NCBI RefSeq assembly: GCF_001457595.1
Contig: NZ_LN831039.1
Location: 2,700,001-2,732,000, forward strand
Length of the DNA stretch: 32,000 nucleotides
Source: Mycolicibacterium smegmatis
GTDB lineage: Bacteria > Actinomycetota > Actinomycetes > Mycobacteriales > Mycobacteriaceae
Reading direction: 5' to 3'
The position numbers and the translations under genes are program-made. The notes beneath the pieces are model-generated. The model was given only the letters and a program-made list of their open reading frames with translations. It did no database searches and was not told the DNA's origin. Each line of letters begins with the position of its first letter. Within the stretch, counting starts at the first letter, position 1. Below are positions 1 to 7,696 of the stretch, in pieces.

Positions 1-99
1 GGCGTCTGTGCCGCCTGGCTGTGAATCATATTCCCGCCTTCCAGCCGAAAACCTGCAGATTCTGAGGGCAGATCGGGAAAACGTAGGCACTTTCTGCCA

Positions 100-128
100 T
101 TGACGCTGCCATCACCTATACCTATATC
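100..128 (+). promoter_or_regulatory. Candidate housekeeping-type promoter for the SDR/MFS operon (TTGACG-N17-TATATC)
   Basis: TTGACG at 100-105, 17 nt spacer, TATATC at 123-128 in a locally AT-rich stretch upstream of the first CDS. Confidence 0.4.
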
Positions 129-281
129 CTATAGGAACTGGTGTTATCCAGATCACTTCGGAGAAGTATTGTCAGCTGCGCCAAAGTCGGCGACCGGTTT
201 GCCCCGGTGATGGTGGTTCAACCGCTCGTCCACCTGCCGACCGCTACCTCGACCCGCCCACGTCACCGAAAGAAGATGCAC

Positions 282-1058
282 ATGACAGCTCTGCACGCGT
301 TTCCACCGCAGCGGACCGCAGTGGTCACCGGCGCCGGCTCGGCACGCGGGATCGGGCGCGCGACAGTTCAGCGCCTCGCCCGGGCCGGGTGGCACGTCGC
401 GGCCCTCGACGTCGACGAGGCGGCCGTCGCCGAATTCGCGCGAGAGGTCGACAAGGATTCGCGCACCACGGTTTTCGGTTACGGCGTCGACGTCGTGGAC
501 GCCGAATCGGTCGATCGCGCATTCACCGCGATCGAGGCCGAACTCCCGCCGGTCGTCGGACTGGCGCACGCGGCAGGTGTCGCCTCACCCGTTCCGTTCC
601 TGGAACTGACGCTCGCCGAATGGAACCGGGTGCTCGACATCAACAGCACCGGCACCTTCATCGTCAATCAGCGTGCGGTGCGCGGCATGGTGCAGCGCGG
701 CGTCGGGCGTGTGGTCAACCTGTCGTCTGCATCGGCCCAACTGGGCGGCGGTACCTACAGCAAGGTGCCGTACTCGGCATCGAAAGCTTCCGTCATCGGC
801 CTCAGTCGAGCCGTTGCACGCGAGGTCGGCAAGTTCGGGGTCACCGTCAACGTGGTGAGTCCCGGTCCCATCGACACCGACATCATGGGTGGCACTCTCA
901 CCGAGGAGCGCAAGGCCGAGATGGTCGAGGGCCTGCTAGTCGATCGGGTCGGCCGAACCGAGGACATCGCCGCAACCATCGAGTTCCTGCTGTCCGAGGA
1001 CGCCGGCTTCATCACCGCGGCTGTCTACAACGTCAACGGTGGCCTGGTCGTCAATTGA
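282..1058 (+). CDS. SDR family NAD(P)-dependent oxidoreductase
   Basis: Part of ORF 141..1058. ATG at 282 (alternative at 276) preceded by a purine-rich RBS. TGxxxxxGIG-like glycine motif (VVTGAGSARGIGRA), YSASKAS catalytic motif, C-terminal FITAAVYNVNGG. Confidence 0.9.
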   Translation: MTALHAFPPQRTAVVTGAGSARGIGRATVQRLARAGWHVAALDVDEAAVAEFAREVDKDSRTTVFGYGVDVVDAESVDRAFTAIEAELPPVVGLAHAAGVASPVPFLELTLAEWNRVLDINSTGTFIVNQRAVRGMVQRGVGRVVNLSSASAQLGGGTYSKVPYSASKASVIGLSRAVAREVGKFGVTVNVVSPGPIDTDIMGGTLTEERKAEMVEGLLVDRVGRTEDIAATIEFLLSEDAGFITAAVYNVNGGLVVN

Positions 1059-1102
1059 GTTCGGCCCCAGTACGAATCCCCGCTCACGCACAAAGGAGTG
1101 CC

Positions 1103-2431
1103 ATGGATCTGAAGTCCGACTCGCCGCGCCAGGCTCGTCGTCAGCGTGACGCCAAGAAGGTGAAGAACCTGCGTTACTGGATTCTCGGTTGGTTGCTGCT
1201 GGCCGGGATCCTCAACTACATGGACCGCTCGTCGGTCTCCATCGCCGCTCCGCACATGATCGCCGAACTCGGGCTGACCAAGACCGACATCGGGCTCATG
1301 GGTGCGGTGTTCTCGTGGACCTACGCGTTGTGTCAGCTGCCCGCCGGCTATCTGATCGACAAACTTGGTGCTCGCAGAATGTATTTCGCGGCGGTCGGTA
1401 TCTGGTCGGTCGCGACCGCGCTGATGTCCGTCGGGCAGACCATGGCGCACTTCCTCACCTTCCGCTTCCTCCTGGGCGTCGGCGAATCGCCCAACTCACC
1501 GAACTCCAGCAAGATCACCACGGAATGGTTCCCCCGCGAGGAACGTGGCCAGGCCGCGGGCATCTGGGACTCCGGGTCGAAGTGGGGTTCGGCGATCGCT
1601 CCTCCGGTTCTCACCGTGTTGTCGCTGGCATTCGGGTGGCGCGCGATGTTCCTCATCATCGGCTTGGCGGGTCTGGTTCTGGCACTGGCCTTCTGGGCCT
1701 ACTATCGTGCCCCTGAGTCGTCCAGGCGCCTGTCGGAGGAGGAGTACCGGTACATCGTCGCCGGCCGTGACGACACCACGCAGCCGAAGGCCCACCTGCC
1801 CTGGGGCAAGTTCTTCACCTATCCGCAGACGTGGGGCATGATGCTCGGCTTCTTCAGTTCGATCTGGATCTGGAACATCTTCATCACGTTCCTGCCGCTG
1901 TTCCTCCAGGACACCCTGGATGTCTCGATCGCGCAGACCGGCTGGGTCGCCGCGATCCCGTATCTGGCCTCGGCGATCACCGGGATCTACGCAGGCCGGC
2001 TCACACTCACCCTGGTGCGCCGTCGCGGGATGAGCGCTTTCGGGTCGAAGAAGACGGTCCTGATCGGCGGGTCCGTCGGCCTCGGAATCCTGCTTGCAGT
2101 GGTGCCGCTCGTACACAACCCCGTCCTGGCGATCGTGGTGCTGTGCGCAGCCCTCGGTCTGGTGGCTGCGGTCCAGTCCCAGTCATGGGCGCTCACAAGC
2201 GATATCGTGCCCGACACGCACGCCGCGCAGTTCGGTGGGATCATGAACTTCGGCGGTTACTTCGGCGGTGCGCTGGCCCCGCTGGTCACCGGCGTCATCG
2301 TCGACAAGACCGGTTCCTACACACCGTCCTTCCTGGTGTCCGGTGTGATCGCCGTGCTGGGTGCCTGCGTCTACGGGTTCATGGTCCGTCGTCCCGTCCA
2401 CGAATCTGCCGCCGCCATCTCGGAAAGGTGA
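1103..2431 (+). CDS. MFS transporter, anion:cation symporter (ACS)-like
   Basis: 12-TM-like hydrophobic protein starting MDLKSDSPRQ with GILNYMDRSSVSIAAPHM, typical of the ACS subfamily; RBS AAAGGAG. Confidence 0.85.
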   Translation: MDLKSDSPRQARRQRDAKKVKNLRYWILGWLLLAGILNYMDRSSVSIAAPHMIAELGLTKTDIGLMGAVFSWTYALCQLPAGYLIDKLGARRMYFAAVGIWSVATALMSVGQTMAHFLTFRFLLGVGESPNSPNSSKITTEWFPREERGQAAGIWDSGSKWGSAIAPPVLTVLSLAFGWRAMFLIIGLAGLVLALAFWAYYRAPESSRRLSEEEYRYIVAGRDDTTQPKAHLPWGKFFTYPQTWGMMLGFFSSIWIWNIFITFLPLFLQDTLDVSIAQTGWVAAIPYLASAITGIYAGRLTLTLVRRRGMSAFGSKKTVLIGGSVGLGILLAVVPLVHNPVLAIVVLCAALGLVAAVQSQSWALTSDIVPDTHAAQFGGIMNFGGYFGGALAPLVTGVIVDKTGSYTPSFLVSGVIAVLGACVYGFMVRRPVHESAAAISER

Positions 2432-2434
2432 ACC

Positions 2435-3499
2435 ATGAGCGACGATTACGTGGTGGGTCTCACCGCCGACGGTGCGGACGCCACCGGTGCCACGATATTC
2501 GGCGACATCGGTCTGCACCGGTTGGAGGACGCCGGCATCTCCTGGCGCCTGCTGCCGCCGATTCCCGTGCACGGTCCGGTGGATCCGGCCGCGCTGGCGG
2601 GTGTCGACGCGGTGGTCTCGTTCGGCCATATCCCGTTCAGTGCCGAACTGGTGCGACAGGTGCCCCGGCTGCGGCACATCGCGCGGTTCGGTGCGGGATA
2701 TGACGGAATCGACCCGGTCGCGCTGGCCCGTGAGGGGGTGGTGCTCACCAACACCCCCGCAGCGGTGCGACGGCCGCTCGCGTTGTCGGGGCTCACGCTG
2801 CTGCTGGCGTGCGCACATCGCCTGCTGGAGAACCATCGCGTCACCGTCTCCGGAAAGTGGGCGCTCCAGCGGGGTGCCTATCGAGGCACAGGGGTGGACG
2901 GCAGAACGGTCGGGATCCTGGGATTCGGGTCGGTCGGTTCCGAACTCGCCGGGATGCTCGCACCTTTGGGTGTCGAGGTGATCGCGACCACCAGGTCGGG
3001 GCGTTCGGAACGGGCGGCACAACTGGGTGTCGAACTCGTCGATCGCGAAACGCTGGCCGCACGATCGGATTTCGTCGTGGTGACCGCGGCTCTGACCGAG
3101 GAGAATCGCGGCATGCTCGACGAGTCGTTCTTCGCGGAGATGCGGTCGAGTGCCTACTTCATCAACATCGCCCGCGGCGGGCTGGTCGACCAGCCGGCGC
3201 TGATCCGGGCGCTGCGCGACGGTGGGATCGCCGGGGCGGCGCTGGACGTATACGATCCGGAACCCCCAGCGGCCGACGACCCCCTGTTCGCGATGGACAA
3301 CGTGATCTGCACACCGCATGCACTGTGCTGGACCGCGGATTTCACCCGTGACGTCTCCCGATCAGTCATAGATGCCCTGATCGCGGTGTCCCGCAACGAG
3401 ATCCCCGAGACGGCACTGGGGCGCGATGCGCTCGACGAGCGGACATGGCGGGGGAGGGCCACCGCCGAGGCGTGCGGGCAATTGGCGGCCGAGGGCTGA
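2435..3499 (+). CDS. D-isomer-specific 2-hydroxyacid dehydrogenase family protein
   Basis: Rossmann motif VGILGFGSVGSELA, FINIARGGLVDQPAL, and TPHALCWT histidine region; starts 3 nt after the MFS stop. Confidence 0.9.
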   Translation: MSDDYVVGLTADGADATGATIFGDIGLHRLEDAGISWRLLPPIPVHGPVDPAALAGVDAVVSFGHIPFSAELVRQVPRLRHIARFGAGYDGIDPVALAREGVVLTNTPAAVRRPLALSGLTLLLACAHRLLENHRVTVSGKWALQRGAYRGTGVDGRTVGILGFGSVGSELAGMLAPLGVEVIATTRSGRSERAAQLGVELVDRETLAARSDFVVVTAALTEENRGMLDESFFAEMRSSAYFINIARGGLVDQPALIRALRDGGIAGAALDVYDPEPPAADDPLFAMDNVICTPHALCWTADFTRDVSRSVIDALIAVSRNEIPETALGRDALDERTWRGRATAEACGQLAAEG

Positions 3500-3511
3500 T
3501 TTTCTCCGGCA

Positions 3512-3568
3512 CGAACGTGGGCTTGTGGTCGAACTATCGGCGAGAACACGCACACAAGCCGACGTTCG
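3512..3568. repeat. 16-bp inverted repeat (15/16 match) in a convergent gap
   Basis: CGAACGTGGGCTTGTG (3512-3527) against CACAAGCCGACGTTCG (3553-3568), loop 25 nt. Confidence 0.75.
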
Positions 3569-3570
3569 AT

Positions 3571-3594
3571 GCCGGCCCGCGATGGCGGGCCGGC
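3571..3594. terminator. Strong GC hairpin, candidate bidirectional U-less terminator
   Basis: GCCGGCCCGC-GATG-GCGGGCCGGC: perfect 10-bp stem, 4-nt loop, between two convergent genes. Confidence 0.5.
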
Positions 3595-3655
3595 AACGCC
3601 GAGATCTCCAGTTGATCGGCCAGATGGCGCAGTTCGGAAAGACCGAAGTCAATGC

Positions 3656-5140
3656 TCATTCGGGCATGCCGATGGTCTTGGCCTCCAGGTATTCCTTGTA
3701 ACCCTCTTCACCATTGCGGTAGCCCAGACCGGACTGCTTGGTGCCGCCGAAGGGACTGGTGATCCCGAAGTGGCTCTTGCCGTTGATGGTGACGTTGCCG
3801 GTGCGCATGCGGCACGCGATCGCGAAGGCACGGTCGAGGTCGCCGCCGGAGACCTCGCCGGACAGTCCGTAGATGGTGTTGTTGGCGATCGCCACTGCGT
3901 CGTCGTCGGTGTCGTACGGGGTCACCGTGAGCACCGGCCCGAAGATTTCCTCCTGCGCGACTTGCGAATCGGGGTCGACGTCGGCGAGCAGGGTGGCCTG
4001 CGTGTAGTAGCCGACCGGAAGGTTTTCCGGGACGCCACCTCCGGTGACCAGACGCGCGCCGGAGTCGATGCCGCTGCGGATGAGCCCCAGCACCTTCTGT
4101 CGTTGCGTCTCGCTGATCTGCGGGCCCTGCATGACGCCGGGCGTCCACGGGTCACCGACCGGGAAGTTCTCCATCATGTTCTTGAGTATCTCGATACCCT
4201 CGTCGTAACGGCTGCGCGGCAACAGGATCCGGCTGGGCAGGATGCAGGACTGCCCGCTCATGACGCACGCCATCATCGCGGCCATCGACAGCGCCGAGTT
4301 GAAGTCGGCGTCGTCGAGCACGATGTGCGCCGACTTGCCGCCCAGCTCCAGCAGAGTCTTCTTCACGGTCGGCGCGCCGGCGGCCAGGATGGCCCGCCCG
4401 GTCGCGGTCGACCCGGTGAAGGTGATCATGTCGACGCGGGGGTCGGCCGAGAGCGCCGCGCCCACCTCGTTGGCGTTGGAGACGACGACGTTGAACACGC
4501 CCGCGGGAATGTCGGTCTCCTCGGCGACGATGCGGCCGTACTCCGTTCCCGACCATGGCGTGAGCTGAGCGGGCTTGAGCACCACGGTGTTACCCGCCAT
4601 CAGCGCGGGCACCGTCTCGGCGATGTTGAGATAGAACGGCACGTTCCACGGCGTGATCGCGCCCACCACACCAACGGGTTCGTAGTGGATCTTGCGGCGG
4701 GCCGGGCCGAGTTGGGTCGGGTGCACCCCGGTGTCGACCAGGTAGTCGAAGTTCCTGCCGTGCTCGGCCCAGTGCCTGACCTCCTCGATGGGGCTTTCGA
4801 TCTGGCTGCCCGAGACCGTGACCGGACAGCCGACCTCGGTGATGAGGATGCGCCGCAGGCGCTCCTTGTTGCGTTCGAGTGCCTCGTGCAGCTGCGTCAG
4901 ACAGTGGTACCGGAAGTCCAGATCGCGTGACCAGTCCGTCTGGTCGAACGCCCGCCGGGCCGCGGCCACCGCGCGTGACATGTCCTCGACGGTGCCGTCG
5001 GTGGCCTGCCCGGCAACCTGTTCGGTGGCCGGGTGGATCACGTCGAATGTGGAACCGCTGCCGGTGGTTTGCAGTTCTCCGTCGATGAGCATGCGCTCGT
5101 CGCCCGCGAGAACACCGGTCTCGTCCTGCACAGAAGTCAT
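3656..5140 (-). CDS. Aldehyde dehydrogenase family protein
   Basis: GAITPWNVPFY, ELGGKSAHIVLDDAD, catalytic Cys in SGQSC, EEIFGPVL, PFGGTKQSGLGYRNGEEGYKEY. Confidence 0.95.
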   Translation of the reverse strand: MTSVQDETGVLAGDERMLIDGELQTTGSGSTFDVIHPATEQVAGQATDGTVEDMSRAVAAARRAFDQTDWSRDLDFRYHCLTQLHEALERNKERLRRILITEVGCPVTVSGSQIESPIEEVRHWAEHGRNFDYLVDTGVHPTQLGPARRKIHYEPVGVVGAITPWNVPFYLNIAETVPALMAGNTVVLKPAQLTPWSGTEYGRIVAEETDIPAGVFNVVVSNANEVGAALSADPRVDMITFTGSTATGRAILAAGAPTVKKTLLELGGKSAHIVLDDADFNSALSMAAMMACVMSGQSCILPSRILLPRSRYDEGIEILKNMMENFPVGDPWTPGVMQGPQISETQRQKVLGLIRSGIDSGARLVTGGGVPENLPVGYYTQATLLADVDPDSQVAQEEIFGPVLTVTPYDTDDDAVAIANNTIYGLSGEVSGGDLDRAFAIACRMRTGNVTINGKSHFGITSPFGGTKQSGLGYRNGEEGYKEYLEAKTIGMPE

Positions 5141-5150
5141 GCTGTACAGC

Positions 5151-5176
5151 TTTACAAAAATGCGCCTCAGTGTCAG
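5151..5176. promoter_or_regulatory. Shared regulatory element, copy A (TTTACA-N14-TGTCAG)
   Basis: 10 nt upstream of the ALDH start codon; same spacing as four other copies in the window. Confidence 0.65.
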
Positions 5177-5205
5177 TAGCTTGCGTGAAATTTTTGGGCG
5201 ATCGA

Positions 5206-5754
5206 TCAGTTTGTGTCGGTCTGCCTGATGCCGACGGCGTGACGCAACTGCGCGAGGAACTGATCGGCGTCGTCACTGCGCACGATGTAGTGCGAGATCG
5301 CGACCCGGATCGCGGTCGCCGCCTTGACCGCCGCGTTGGGACCGGACAGCAGCTTGAGCAGGCGCGCGCGCATGATCGGGATGACGTGTGCCAACTGGGC
5401 GATGACCACCTCGGGTTCGATGTCCACCAGGCGCACGCCGGAATACGACTGCTGGTACTGCACGATGAACCGCAGCGCCGCATCGAGTTTCTCGTTGCCC
5501 CGCAGGCCCGCGGTCGCGCGCCCGATCCCGTTGTCGAACATCTCGCGCTCGTAGTTGCCGAACGCCTCGAGCAGTTCCTGCTTGTCGGCGAACCACCGGT
5601 ACAGCGTCGGCCGCGAGACCCCTGCCTGCAGCGCCACCTCGGACAGGCTCAACTTGGTCTGACCGCTGCGAGCGAGCACCTCGGCGGTGGCCACCAGGAT
5701 CCGGTGGCGGGTCGAGGTGTCCGCACCCGCTCCCGCGGGCAGAGCTTCATTCAC
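5206..5754 (-). CDS. TetR/AcrR family transcriptional regulator (paralog 1)
   Basis: Part of ORF 5206..5784. Likely GTG start at 5754 (VNEALPAG...). HTH SLSEVALQAGVSRPTLYRWFADKQELLEAF. Confidence 0.9.
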   Translation of the reverse strand: MNEALPAGAGADTSTRHRILVATAEVLARSGQTKLSLSEVALQAGVSRPTLYRWFADKQELLEAFGNYEREMFDNGIGRATAGLRGNEKLDAALRFIVQYQQSYSGVRLVDIEPEVVIAQLAHVIPIMRARLLKLLSGPNAAVKAATAIRVAISHYIVRSDDADQFLAQLRHAVGIRQTDTN

Positions 5755-5796
5755 AGTCGAGCCTCGGTTGGTCGTGGTTCTCAAATCCTAGGGTCA

Positions 5797-6936
5797 TCAC
5801 AAGAGTTTCTTGAGTAAAGCCACGGTTTCCAGGTCCGCCAGCGCCGCGACGCCGCGCCGAGCCCCCTCCACCGCGATGCCGTCGTCCTGCATGCCGCCCA
5901 GCCCCGCGGTGATGACCGGCGCGGTGTACGCATAGACCGCGCCGAGGCGGTAGCGCTCCCACAACTCGTCGGCGTCCAGCCTGGGGCCGCCTGCCGCGGC
6001 CAGCGCGCGACGGTACTCGTCGAGGAGGTCTTTCTCCGCGGCTTGCCGGTCGGTGGTCGTCATGCTGGTGATCAGCGTATACGCGAGCTCGCGTCCGGGG
6101 TGGCCACGGCGCACCGCCTGCCAGTCCAACAGGCCCGCCTCGCCGTTGCGGAAGAAGAGGTTGCCGGGGTGTGCGTCACCGTGCATCACGGTGTGCGGCG
6201 GACGGTCGAGCAGTTGTGCGGCCGCACGGTAGTTCTCGTCGATGAACCGGCCGTCGGCCACCGGGATGTCGGTACGCTCGGCGAGCCGCCGGGTCGAGGT
6301 CTTCAGGAGCGTCCCGGTCAGCAGCGAGGTGTCGTCCCCGGACGCCGAATACAGCCACCCGAGTGGGCCGCGGCCGCTGCGCTCGGGCAGCCGGCCCCAG
6401 AACGCGGCGTGCACACGGGCGAGCAGTTCGACCGTGAGCGCCGCGCGGTCCTTGTCGAGTGGATGCAGCGTGTCGGGAAACTCACAGGGCTCCTGCGCGA
6501 GGTCCTCGAGCACCAGCACGAAGCGCCCCGTGAGCGCGTCGAACGCCGAACCGTGGGCGCGGGGGACGCCGGGCAGGCCCGCCGCGAGCTGCTGGTAGAA
6601 CCGGACCTCGGTGTGCGCGAGCCTGCCGAGCTCACCCATCAGCCGGGTCGCGGCGGTCTCGGCGGGCAGCTTGACGAACACCGTCTCGGGAACGCCGTCG
6701 CCCGAGAGCGCCAGCCGGGCCCGTGACGACGTTCCGGCGTCGCCTCCGAGTACTGATAACGTGCGTACCGTCCGTCCCATGATGGTGCTGAGGCAACCGG
6801 CGTCGAGATCGGAGATGCGACGCGGGAACCGCCGCAGTCCGCCGAGCGCGGCGTCGGCGGCGACGCGCTGCACACCGTGGCCGATGTGGGCGGCCAGCGC
6901 AAGAGCGGGTGGGATGCGACGGACCGTCGAGAGCAT
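5797..6936 (-). CDS. Phosphotransferase, APH / ecdysteroid-kinase-like family
   Basis: VMHGDAHPGNLFF (Brenner-like HGDxxxxN) and GLLDWQ (DxD/DFG-equivalent) motifs. Confidence 0.8.
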   Translation of the reverse strand: MLSTVRRIPPALALAAHIGHGVQRVAADAALGGLRRFPRRISDLDAGCLSTIMGRTVRTLSVLGGDAGTSSRARLALSGDGVPETVFVKLPAETAATRLMGELGRLAHTEVRFYQQLAAGLPGVPRAHGSAFDALTGRFVLVLEDLAQEPCEFPDTLHPLDKDRAALTVELLARVHAAFWGRLPERSGRGPLGWLYSASGDDTSLLTGTLLKTSTRRLAERTDIPVADGRFIDENYRAAAQLLDRPPHTVMHGDAHPGNLFFRNGEAGLLDWQAVRRGHPGRELAYTLITSMTTTDRQAAEKDLLDEYRRALAAAGGPRLDADELWERYRLGAVYAYTAPVITAGLGGMQDDGIAVEGARRGVAALADLETVALLKKLL

Positions 6937-6944
6937 CAGTCAAG

Positions 6945-6970
6945 TTTACAAATAACTGCGCTTTTGTAAA
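6945..6970. promoter_or_regulatory. Shared regulatory element, copy B, fully palindromic arms (TTTACAAA-N10-TTTGTAAA)
   Basis: Perfect 8-bp arms, 8 nt upstream of the kinase-like gene start, divergent side faces the 6983..7681 ORF. Confidence 0.7.
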
Positions 6971-6982
6971 TGCAAACGCGCA

Positions 6983-7681
6983 GTGTTGGCACGCGGGAGT
7001 GAAGCGGACAAAGGGCGCGGAGCGTTTGAGGTTGGTGAAGTGCGGTTAGACACAAACGTGTCCGCGAGTGGCGCCTGGTGCGCCGGCGGGCGTGTGGTGA
7101 GCTTGGATTTCGATGGGTTGCATGTGAATTCGATACGTAAGGGTTTGCCGGGCGAGGGCGGGCAGGTGCCGGTCGACGGCGCCGAGATCGTCCTGTTCCC
7201 CGGCAGGCTGCCGGTGCCCGCGCCGCAGCTGGCGAGGGTGGCCGCGCACGCGCGCACGCTGGCTGCGGTGGCCTATGAGGACATCAGCGCCAACGGCGAC
7301 AACCCCGTGACCGCACACGCACACTGGGGAGTGTTCCAGCGCTTCCCGGTGGTGACCCGCACGATGACCGCGGTGTGGCGCATGATGGCGGCCCGCTCGT
7401 TCGACGACCTGGCCGACGAGTTGGAGATCGGCTTCGTCCATCCCCGCACGATCGGCGAGCATGTGACCCTGTCGCTGATCATCGGTGACGCCCACGGACT
7501 ACTCGATGCCGTGGCGACCCAGGCCCTGCGGGGTTCGCTGATCGACACCACGCTCGTGCGGGATCTGCACGATCCGGCGTCCAGCGTGGCGCGCCGCGTC
7601 GCCGACGAACCCGACATCTGGTTCCAGCCGTTGATCGCGGGCTTCGAGCGGGATCCGGGCCGCGGGTTCCGCAGGTGCTGA
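6983..7681 (+). CDS. Hypothetical protein; exact start uncertain
   Basis: ORF in a divergent-then-convergent position with no overlapping alternative gene. The C-terminal two thirds (AHWGVFQRFPVVTRTMTAVWRMMAARSFDDLADELEIGFVHPR...) looks like real protein. I do not recognise the family. Confidence 0.55.
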   Translation: MLARGSEADKGRGAFEVGEVRLDTNVSASGAWCAGGRVVSLDFDGLHVNSIRKGLPGEGGQVPVDGAEIVLFPGRLPVPAPQLARVAAHARTLAAVAYEDISANGDNPVTAHAHWGVFQRFPVVTRTMTAVWRMMAARSFDDLADELEIGFVHPRTIGEHVTLSLIIGDAHGLLDAVATQALRGSLIDTTLVRDLHDPASSVARRVADEPDIWFQPLIAGFERDPGRGFRRC

Positions 7682-7696
7682 CGCACGCCGCGGCGG

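Noticed and set aside
2183-3319. 378-aa minus-strand ORF overlapping the permease-like MFS and 2-hydroxyacid dehydrogenase genes
   Set aside because: Arg/His/Gly-rich low-quality translation antisense to clearly coding DNA; a typical high-GC frame artefact.
3569-4930. 453-aa plus-strand ORF antisense to the ALDH
   Set aside because: Opposes an unambiguous ALDH and has no domain-like motifs; GC3 artefact.
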